Shown: piece after piece, positions 50,484-58,129 of the stretch | Layout of the letters: every line of letters begins with the position of its first letter | How positions within the stretch are numbered: position 1 is the stretch's first letter | From: Desulfatiglandales bacterium | Lineage (GTDB): Bacteria; Desulfobacterota; DSM-4660; Desulfatiglandales; HGW-15 | DNA length: 64,000 nucleotides | Assembly (NCBI GenBank): GCA_963667015.2 | Contig: CAXXJJ010000004.1 | Span: forward strand, 1,888,001 to 1,952,000 | Direction: 5' to 3' | The notes under the pieces: model-generated | Told to the model about the DNA's origin: nothing | The model's database searches: none | The model's input: the letters and a program-made list of their open reading frames with translations, nothing else | Translations under genes and position numbers: made by a program

Positions 50484-52343
50484 TCATCCATTATTTATAA
50501 TCTGTTTTTCCAGGGGAAATCTCATACCCTGAGCAAACCTTCTATTAAAATTATGATGAGTCGTCAATTCAAGATATCCTGTTTTACAGGCAATATCCCT
50601 GGCACGATCCCTTTCCCTTCGGGATAAGAGTGTCATTTTTGCCCCGATACCCGCGCTGTTGCCGACCTGCATGTAGCGTGCATTGGAAAAGGCCGGCAAA
50701 AGCCCTATATCCACTGCACTGACAAGATTGATATAGGTCCCGAATGCACCGGCAATAATGACCTCATCCACCATATCTTCAGTTATACCGTTCACTTCCA
50801 TTAATGCCTCGATACCTGCCTTGATTGCCCCCTTGGCAAGCTGTATCTCGGCAATATCCTTCTGGGAAATTACTATGTTTCCATTTCCGTTGCCGCCTTC
50901 GGCTATGACAAATTCCGAGCCGTATTTTCCCTGATATACCCTTTTATTATCTTTATCAAACCGTCCCCTGTCGTTTATTATACCCCACCGGTACAACTCT
51001 GCCACTGCATCGATTATTCCCGAACCGCAAAGCCCGATGGGAAGCGCATCACCGATTGTCTTGCACTCCACGGTATTCCGGGTAAGACAGACCGATTCAA
51101 TAGCACCCCTGGCTGCCCTCATGCCGTCTGTCACATGGGCACCCTCAAATGCCGGCCCCGAGGGGCAGGAAAGTGAAACAAGGGAACCCTTTTCAGGATT
51201 ATTAAGTACGATTTCGGTATTTGTCCCGATATCGACACCAAGGGTGACCCTGTTTTTTTTATCGATTCCGGCACCCAGTATCATGGATACATGATCCCCG
51301 CCTACAAACCCGCCTATCCCCGGTAAAACATGTATATATGCTCCCGGACAGGCATAAATCCCTGCATCCCGAGCCTTCACATCAACTGAATGGTCAGCGG
51401 CTGCTATATATGGAGACTTCGCAAGCTGTTCAACTGGTAGATCGAGAAACAGGTGGGTCATGGCCGTGTTTCCGACAATACAGATATCCGCGATATCCTT
51501 TCCGGTGAGCCCGGTCTCCCTGGCAAGAGATTCGATCAGTTCATTAAAGAGATCCCGTATAACCTTTGCCAGACTGGTCGGATGAGAACTGTCTGCTGCC
51601 CGGTCATGGATGGCGCTGTCAAGACGGCTCATCACATCATCGCCGTAAACTGACTGGGGATTGACCGCTCCCCTGGAGGCAAGTTCCTTTCCAGTGCTCA
51701 AATCCATAAGATAGGCCGCCACCTTAGTTGTTCCAAGGTCAATTGCCAGGCCTGCCGGGTGTGTGCCAGGGGAGGCAAATCCTATGATCTCACTGTCTCT
51801 CATTATTGCGGATATCTCCCAGTTATTTTTCCTTAAAAGCAGAGGCAACTGTTTAAGGGCAAGTATATCCACAGAAGGATCGATAATATTATGGGTGTTA
51901 CTCAGCGCCTCAAGCACCCTGTCCAGATCGGCCGCAGGCTCCTTAAGGGAAGGGGTTTTAACCCTGATATTGAATGATTTTACCAGGGGATCAATTTCAA
52001 ATTCATTATTTTTACCATCAAGCTGAAGCTGAAGGTCGGAGAGCAGTGATTTTTCAGGTATATGTACTTTAAGATTTGCTTCGGGAAATGTGCAGCATGC
52101 GAGCCTGTGCCCGTTCTTTAAATCTTCCGCTGAAAGGGTCTCTTCTTCGGTTTCCAGAGGGGCTGATACATTTCCTTCATTTATGATTACCCTGCACTGG
52201 CCGCAGCTCCCCTTTCCTCCGCAAGTTGCAGAAAGCCCGATCCCCGCTGAGCGCGCTGCTTCCAGTATACTGGTCCCTGCCAGGACATCTATAGATCTGC
52301 CCGGCGGATTGAATGAGATATTGTATTTTTTAAGCACTGCCAT
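50484..52343 (-). CDS. Reductive activator of corrinoid proteins (RACo, 2Fe-2S + ASKHA/DUF4445)
   Basis: CGGKGSCGQC..RLAC; IDLGTT, GNTAM.H, DIGTNTE, GPAFEG, GLCGSG, QLAKGAI, AGAFG. Confidence 0.92.
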   Translation of the reverse strand: MAVLKKYNISFNPPGRSIDVLAGTSILEAARSAGIGLSATCGGKGSCGQCRVIINEGNVSAPLETEEETLSAEDLKNGHRLACCTFPEANLKVHIPEKSLLSDLQLQLDGKNNEFEIDPLVKSFNIRVKTPSLKEPAADLDRVLEALSNTHNIIDPSVDILALKQLPLLLRKNNWEISAIMRDSEIIGFASPGTHPAGLAIDLGTTKVAAYLMDLSTGKELASRGAVNPQSVYGDDVMSRLDSAIHDRAADSSHPTSLAKVIRDLFNELIESLARETGLTGKDIADICIVGNTAMTHLFLDLPVEQLAKSPYIAAADHSVDVKARDAGIYACPGAYIHVLPGIGGFVGGDHVSMILGAGIDKKNRVTLGVDIGTNTEIVLNNPEKGSLVSLSCPSGPAFEGAHVTDGMRAARGAIESVCLTRNTVECKTIGDALPIGLCGSGIIDAVAELYRWGIINDRGRFDKDNKRVYQGKYGSEFVIAEGGNGNGNIVISQKDIAEIQLAKGAIKAGIEALMEVNGITEDMVDEVIIAGAFGTYINLVSAVDIGLLPAFSNARYMQVGNSAGIGAKMTLLSRRERDRARDIACKTGYLELTTHHNFNRRFAQGMRFPLEKQIINNG

Positions 52344-52462
52344 CTACCTTTAGAGTAATATTATTCAGGTTAATTCAGAAAATAAACAAACCGGCATAAA
52401 AGCTAAAAAGGAGGATCGAGTAAATATTAAATAAACCCGTTCCCCCTTGTATGAAGACATTC

Positions 52463-52493
52463 TGTAGAGACGGGTTTTAAACCCGTCTCTACA
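52463..52493. repeat. GTAG-type REP palindrome
   Basis: tgtagagacgggttt-t-aaacccgtctctaca, perfect inverted repeat. Confidence 0.75.
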
Positions 52494-52547
52494 TTTTTTG
52501 AATAAATCAATACATGATTCCGCTTTATTTTTGATACGGGTATAAGA

Positions 52548-53174
52548 CTAGCACAACCATTCCTTGGCCAGATTTACTGCTGCCATGGCGTCTTTTCCAT
52601 AGGCATCCGCGCCGGTATATTTCTTGACTTCATCATCAATCTGTCCGCCGCCGATCATTACCTTCAGATTATCTCTGAGACCGGCTTCCGATAGGGCATC
52701 AATAGTTTCTTTCATTGCATCAAAGGCGAGTGTAAGGAATCCGCTTAAACCCACTATTGTAGCCCCTGTTTCCTTGACCTTGTCAACAATGGTCTGTACC
52801 GGGACATCGATACCAAGGTCAAATACCTCAAAACCGCTGATATCAAGCATAAATACAACAAGATCTTTTCCTATGTCATGTATATCACCGGCAACGGTCG
52901 CTATTATAACCTTGCCCAGTTTTTCTGCCTCAGTACCGGAGTCTTTGATGTGTGGCTCAACAAGGGCGGCAATGCCTTTTAAAATTTCACCGGAATATAT
53001 CAGATCCGGAATAAAATACTCTTCATTGCCAAATCTCTCACCGACAATCTTCATCCCTTCTCTTGCATCGGCTAGAATTTTGAGGGGATCCGCACCACCA
53101 TCAAGCGCTGTTTTGACCGCATCCAATGCCTCCTGCTCTTTCAGATCAGCCAACAATGTTGATAGATCAGACAT
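52548..53174 (-). CDS. Corrinoid (B12-binding) protein of a methyltransferase system
   Basis: Cap domain GMKIVGERF..EYFIPDL; GDIHDIGK, DLG.DV, LSGFLT, MIGGG. Confidence 0.92.
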   Translation of the reverse strand: MSDLSTLLADLKEQEALDAVKTALDGGADPLKILADAREGMKIVGERFGNEEYFIPDLIYSGEILKGIAALVEPHIKDSGTEAEKLGKVIIATVAGDIHDIGKDLVVFMLDISGFEVFDLGIDVPVQTIVDKVKETGATIVGLSGFLTLAFDAMKETIDALSEAGLRDNLKVMIGGGQIDDEVKKYTGADAYGKDAMAAVNLAKEWLC

Positions 53175-53428
53175 AGTTACTACCTCCTTAAGATTTTTTA
53201 TTTGCCTGGTTTTTTAAGATTTATATTGATCATTTAAAAAAATGAAAAAGTCCAATTAGATCGGTAAATATTTCAATTTGCCAATATATTTATAATTTCC
53301 TGTACGATAGGAAAATTTATATATGAGAAAAAAGTTTATGTTGAGCTAGAATCCTAATAATTTCAAAGAATGTCAAGGCAATTGTTCATTGATTTTCACA
53401 ACCGGAGATTATTAAAAATTACTTGTTA

Positions 53429-53458
53429 TTGACATTACATTCGCTGGCATATTATTAT
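53429..53458 (+). promoter_or_regulatory. Sigma70-type promoter of the panB leader
   Basis: TTGACA-N18-TATTAT about 315 bp upstream of panB. Confidence 0.6.
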
Positions 53459-53631
53459 TTAAGGAACAAAAAGGTAGGGTGATCCCGGACAGGGGACATC
53501 AAGCCGAAATAAACATGAACAGACTAATTTTTCAGGTAATGCCGCCTGGATCTCCTGATGTGGATGACCGGGACGGATGAGAAGAGAAACTGAACAATGT
53601 CTCATACCGTACGACTATCAAAATCTATATC

Positions 53632-53671
53632 ATGGGGATCTTTTCGATCGGATAAGATCCCCATTTTTTTT
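53632..53671 (+). terminator. Intrinsic terminator inside the panB leader (attenuator)
   Basis: atggggatctt-N11-aagatccccat followed by a T run. Confidence 0.85.
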
Positions 53672-53677
53672 ACATTT

Positions 53678-53761
53678 CCATCCCGGAAAGGTAACCTGCA
53701 ACCCGGTTACCTGAAACAATTCCGGGTTGGCATCAGCGTATTTCCGACGGACAATACCGAC
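53678..53761 (+). ncRNA. pan RNA motif-like tandem hairpins
   Basis: atcccggaaaggtaacc..ggttacct..ttccgggt, then ggcatcagcg..tccgacggacaataccgac just before the panB RBS; GGCAUCAG...GACAAUAC.GAC recalls the pan motif. Confidence 0.55.
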
Positions 53762-53772
53762 AGGAGGAGAAA

Positions 53773-54606
53773 ATGAGCAGTGAAAAAATGACTCTCGCAA
53801 GACTGCAGCAGAAGAAAATCAATGGAGAAAAAATAACCATGATGACTGCCTATGATTATTCGGCAGCCAGCCTTGTCGATCAGGCAGGCATTGATACCAT
53901 ACTGGTCGGAGACTCACTGGGCAATGTCATGCTGGGATATGACTCCACTGTTCCGGTAACAATGGATGAAATGATACATCACTCAAAGGCAGTAAGCAGG
54001 GGAGTGAAAAACGGTTTTATCATTGGCGACATGCCTTTCATGTCATACCAGGTAAGCATCGAAAAAGCCGTTGAAAACGCCGGCAGATTTTTAAAGGAGG
54101 CAGGCTGTGACTGTGTAAAGCTTGAAGGCGGAAGCGATATGGCATCCACAGTGAAAGCCATTGTAAAGGCGGGCATACCTGTCTGCGGGCACCTGGGATT
54201 AACCCCTCAGACCGCTACCATGCTGAGCGGATACAAGGTACAGGGAAAGGATGCCGAAAGTGCAAAGGCAATGATTCAGTCGGCAAAGGATCTCGAAGAG
54301 GCCGGCGCCTTTATGATCGTTTTTGAATGCATACCCGACACACTGGCGGCCCGGGTCACAAAAGAACTGAGCATACCGACGATCGGTATAGGAGCGGGAA
54401 AGGATTGCGACGGCCAGGTTCTTGTGTATCACGATGTACTGGGGCTCTTTGAAAGGTTTACACCTAAATTTGTCAAACAGTACCTGAACCTTGCCCCAAT
54501 GATAAAGGAGGCAATGGCTCAATATAAAAAAGAGGTTGAAGAAGGGCTGTTTCCCGGTCCGGATCATGTTTTTAAAATGAGTAAAGAGGAAGCGGATAAG
54601 ATCTAG
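53773..54606 (+). CDS. panB: 3-methyl-2-oxobutanoate hydroxymethyltransferase
   Basis: MTAYD, LVGDSLG, GDMPFMSY, KLEGG, GHLGLTPQ, IGIGAG..CDGQVLV. Confidence 0.97.
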   Translation: MSSEKMTLARLQQKKINGEKITMMTAYDYSAASLVDQAGIDTILVGDSLGNVMLGYDSTVPVTMDEMIHHSKAVSRGVKNGFIIGDMPFMSYQVSIEKAVENAGRFLKEAGCDCVKLEGGSDMASTVKAIVKAGIPVCGHLGLTPQTATMLSGYKVQGKDAESAKAMIQSAKDLEEAGAFMIVFECIPDTLAARVTKELSIPTIGIGAGKDCDGQVLVYHDVLGLFERFTPKFVKQYLNLAPMIKEAMAQYKKEVEEGLFPGPDHVFKMSKEEADKI

Positions 54607-54659
54607 AATATGTCCATCCCAAAATAGAATATTTTTGGATGGACATCAGGAGACATATT

Positions 54660-55580
54660 ATGGAAATCCTTATAGTCGGCCCGGGCGCCATGGGGTGTCT
54701 TTTTGCCGCCAGGTTGAAAATTGCAGGATTTAATGCAGTCCTTTTTGATTATAATTCCACCCGGGCGGAAATAATCAATAAAAGCGGTATAAGTGTTGAG
54801 GGGGTATCTGGAGATTACAGGGCAATGGTTCCTGTTATTACCGATCTGTCAGACATTGACCCGGACATGGTTCTTATCTGCGTAAAATCAAACAGGACGA
54901 AGGATGCAGCAGAAGCACTGAAAGGCAGGGCTCCTCAAAAGACCCTTTTTGCCACCCTTCAGAATGGCCTTGGCAATGTGGAAACCCTTAAGGAAATCCT
55001 TGGAGAAAACCGGGTCATCGGGGGTGTAACATCCGAAGGCGCTACATCCCTTGATACCGGTAAAATTCGTCACGCAGGCATGGGATCCACCGTCTTTGGT
55101 CCGGCCGGGGATTTCGGGGAACGCCTTAAGGAACTTGTCTCGGCTTTTAACAGGTCCGGCTTTTCAACAAGCTCGTCGGATAATGTAGATAAACTTATCT
55201 GGAGCAAGCTGATTATCAACGTAGGCATCAACGCCCTTACGGCTATAACTCGACTCAGAAACGGCAGGCTGCCGGAATATGAAGGCAGCCTGTCTATAAT
55301 GAAGGAAGCGGTTGCCGAGGCCATAGCAGTTTCAAAGGCAAAGGGAATAAACCTCGCCTTCGATGCCCCCCTTGAGAAGGTCCTGGAGGTATGCAGGTCC
55401 ACTGCCGGAAATATAGCATCCATGCTCCAGGATGTACTCAATAAAAGACCCACCGAGGTTGATTATATAAACGGCGCCATCTGCAAAGAAGGTGAAAAAG
55501 CTGGAATTTCCACCCCTGTTAACAGGACGCTTACTGATCTTGTAAGGACGATCCAGATGAGTTACCACGAAAAAATATAG
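54660..55580 (+). CDS. panE: 2-dehydropantoate 2-reductase; start at MEILIV
   Basis: GPGAMG, CVKS, LQNGLG, WSKL..N..INA, SMLQD...RPTEVDYING; AGGAG RBS before 54660. Confidence 0.93.
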   Translation: MEILIVGPGAMGCLFAARLKIAGFNAVLFDYNSTRAEIINKSGISVEGVSGDYRAMVPVITDLSDIDPDMVLICVKSNRTKDAAEALKGRAPQKTLFATLQNGLGNVETLKEILGENRVIGGVTSEGATSLDTGKIRHAGMGSTVFGPAGDFGERLKELVSAFNRSGFSTSSSDNVDKLIWSKLIINVGINALTAITRLRNGRLPEYEGSLSIMKEAVAEAIAVSKAKGINLAFDAPLEKVLEVCRSTAGNIASMLQDVLNKRPTEVDYINGAICKEGEKAGISTPVNRTLTDLVRTIQMSYHEKI

Positions 55581-55588
55581 CCCATCCC

Positions 55589-55606
55589 TGGTGAATTATT
55601 TCACTA
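55589..55606. promoter_or_regulatory. Rex-like operator upstream of nfnA
   Basis: TGGTGAATTATTTCACTA resembles the Rex palindrome TTGTGAA-N4-TTCACAA; TTGACA follows at 55644. Confidence 0.55.
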
Positions 55607-55711
55607 TAAATACCTAATTTCAGGTCAATAAACTCTTTTTACTTTGACATAATCCGGTTCACATGTTAGTCGTTTTCGACGAATCGTATTATTTTATTAT
55701 GGAGGAAAAAA

Positions 55712-56554
55712 ATGTTCGAAATACTGAAACGCCAGGAGATGGCGGACGGAACAGTAGTTCTTAATGAAATAAGCGCTCCTTTAATTGCAAAAAAAGCAAA
55801 GCCCGGTCAGTTCGTTATCCTCAAGGCAAACGAGACCGGTGAACGTATTCCCCTTACAATGGCAGATACAGATCCCCAAAAAGGCACAATAACAATAATC
55901 TACCAGGTAGTAGGGAAATCAACATCGCTCTTTAAATCACTTCAGGTCGGAGACAAGTTCCAGGATATTATAGGCCCCCTTGGAAAACCAACCCACCTTG
56001 AAAAACTGGGAACAGTCGTATGTGTTGGCGGCGGAACAGGTGTAGCAGTTATGCACCCTATTACCAGAGGCCTGAAGGAAGCGGGAAATCGTGTAATTGC
56101 AATTATAGGTGCCAGAAATAAAGACCTTCTGATCCTTGAAGACAAAATGAAGGAAGCATCAAATGAGCTTCATGTGTGTACTGATGACGGCTCATACGGA
56201 CATCATGGTTTTGTAACCGATGTACTGAAGGAAAAGCTTGAAAAGGAAGATGTAAAGCTGGTGGTCGGAATAGGCCCCGTTCCAATGATGAAGTTTGTAT
56301 GTAAAATTACTGATGAATATAAAGTTAAGACAATTGTGAGTCTGAATCCGATTATGGTTGACGGCACAGGGATGTGCGGGTGCTGCAGGGTAAGTGTCGG
56401 CGGCGAAACAAAATTCGCCTGTGTTGACGGACCTGAATTTGACGGGAACAAGGTAGACTTTGATGAACTGACCCAGAGATTACAGGCATACAGAGAAGAA
56501 GAATGCCAGGCGACCGATAAATATGCCTGCGAATGCAAAATTGCCAATGAATAA
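55712..56554 (+). CDS. nfnA: NfnA/SudB-type FAD/2Fe-2S subunit of NADH-dependent ferredoxin:NADP+ oxidoreductase
   Basis: PGQFVI...ERIPLT, GPLG, GGGTG, MVDGTGMCGCCRV...CVDGPEF. Confidence 0.85.
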   Translation: MFEILKRQEMADGTVVLNEISAPLIAKKAKPGQFVILKANETGERIPLTMADTDPQKGTITIIYQVVGKSTSLFKSLQVGDKFQDIIGPLGKPTHLEKLGTVVCVGGGTGVAVMHPITRGLKEAGNRVIAIIGARNKDLLILEDKMKEASNELHVCTDDGSYGHHGFVTDVLKEKLEKEDVKLVVGIGPVPMMKFVCKITDEYKVKTIVSLNPIMVDGTGMCGCCRVSVGGETKFACVDGPEFDGNKVDFDELTQRLQAYREEECQATDKYACECKIANE

Positions 56555-56638
56555 TACCCATTGACATTTTCGCTGTTGATTAACGTAATCTTCTTTCACA
56601 TATTGTTGTAATTAGAAGAAGTCAGGGAGGATATTTTA

Positions 56639-58048
56639 ATGGAATCCAAAGAGAAAAAAGAAAAGATATCACGGCAGCCAATGCCGGAACAGGAAGCCGA
56701 AGTACGCAGAAGGAATTTCAAGGAAGTACCCTTCGGCTACACCGAAGAAATGGCAGTTACAGAGGCCTCAAGATGCATCCAGTGTAAAAAGCCTTCATGC
56801 GTCGAGGGATGCCCCGTGTCTGTTGACATCCCGGGTTTTATAAACCTATTGAGAGAAAAAAAATTCACAGAATCCATCCGACATATCTGGCAGAAAAATG
56901 CACTTCCTGCAGTATGCGGCAGGGTATGTCCCCAGGAAGCACAATGCGAAGGCTCATGCATACTTGGTAAAAAAGGCGAACCGGTCGCAATCGGAAACCT
57001 TGAACGTTTTGTGGCAGACCTTGAAAGGGACCACGGAAAGGGAGAACTTCCGCCCAAGCAGGCACCCACTGGTAAAAAGGTTGCAGTTGTAGGCTCCGGC
57101 CCGTCCGGCCTGACGGTTGCAGGCGACCTGCTCCTCAAGGGTCACGACGTAACCATCTTTGAAGCATTTCACAAACCAGGCGGAGTACTTGTATACGGGA
57201 TACCCGAATTCAGGCTTCCAAAGGAAATAGTCTTCTCGGAAGTAAACTTCCTTGAAAGACTGGGTGCAAAACTTGAATGCAACAATGTCGTAGGCAGGAC
57301 AGTTGAACTGGACGAACTGTTTGAACAGGGATATGAGGCAATATACCTTGGCGTAGGTGCCGGACTCCCAAAATTTCTGGGAATCCCGGGTGAAAACCTG
57401 ATAGGCATCTATTCCGCCAATGAATACCTTACAAGATCAAACCTTATGAAGGGATATCTGTTCCCGGATTTTGACACGCCCATTGTAAAGGGTAAAAATG
57501 TTGCAGTATTTGGTGCAGGAAACGTGGCAATGGATGCAGCAAGGACAGCAATGAGACTTGGTGCAGAGACCGTCCGCATAGTCTACAGGCGGTCCAGAGA
57601 AGAAATGCCAGCAAGGTCTGCAGAGATACATCATGCCGAGCAGGAAGGTATTGAATTCTACCTCCTCACATCTCCAAAGAGGTTCATCGGTGATGACAGG
57701 GGACGCGTCACAGGCATGGAATGTATAAAGATGGAACTGGGAGAACCTGATGCATCCGGCCGCCGCAGTCCTGTCCCCATAGAGGGTTCAAAGTTTCAAC
57801 TCGAATGTGATCTGGCTGTTATAGCCGTTGGTTCCGGAGCAAATCCCCTGCTTACACAGTCAACAGAAGGCTTGGACCTCAATAAGTGGGGATATATAGT
57901 AGCCGATCCGGAGACAGGCAAGACATCCAAAAAGGGTGTATGGGCAGGCGGAGACATTGTAACAGGTTCGGCAACGGTTATCCTGGCCATGGGAGCAGGA
58001 AGAATGGCTTCGGATTCAATGCATAAGTATTTGACTCTGGGGTGGTAA
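56639..58048 (+). CDS. nfnB: NfnB/SudA (GltD-like) subunit
   Basis: RCIQC..PSC..GCP, CGRVCPQE.QC, GSGPSG, YGIPEFRL, GAGNVAMD, AGGD. Confidence 0.85.
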   Translation: MESKEKKEKISRQPMPEQEAEVRRRNFKEVPFGYTEEMAVTEASRCIQCKKPSCVEGCPVSVDIPGFINLLREKKFTESIRHIWQKNALPAVCGRVCPQEAQCEGSCILGKKGEPVAIGNLERFVADLERDHGKGELPPKQAPTGKKVAVVGSGPSGLTVAGDLLLKGHDVTIFEAFHKPGGVLVYGIPEFRLPKEIVFSEVNFLERLGAKLECNNVVGRTVELDELFEQGYEAIYLGVGAGLPKFLGIPGENLIGIYSANEYLTRSNLMKGYLFPDFDTPIVKGKNVAVFGAGNVAMDAARTAMRLGAETVRIVYRRSREEMPARSAEIHHAEQEGIEFYLLTSPKRFIGDDRGRVTGMECIKMELGEPDASGRRSPVPIEGSKFQLECDLAVIAVGSGANPLLTQSTEGLDLNKWGYIVADPETGKTSKKGVWAGGDIVTGSATVILAMGAGRMASDSMHKYLTLGW

Positions 58049-58129
58049 TAAAAACAGAGGTCAGATGTCAGAATTCAGCAATCAGTAAAAGAATTGCAGC
58101 TTTACTAAACGTCATTCCCCGGCTTGACC

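Noticed and set aside
53175..53430. Cobalamin riboswitch upstream of the corrinoid operon
   Set aside because: No GGGAA/GCCACTG B12-box on the minus strand; the region is simply AT-rich.
53465..53590. FMN, lysine or ZTP riboswitch or 6S RNA in the panB leader
   Set aside because: Only short end similarities (AGGGTGATCCC, GGATGAGAAGAG, GCCGAA, CGCCTGG); conserved cores and loop sequences are missing.
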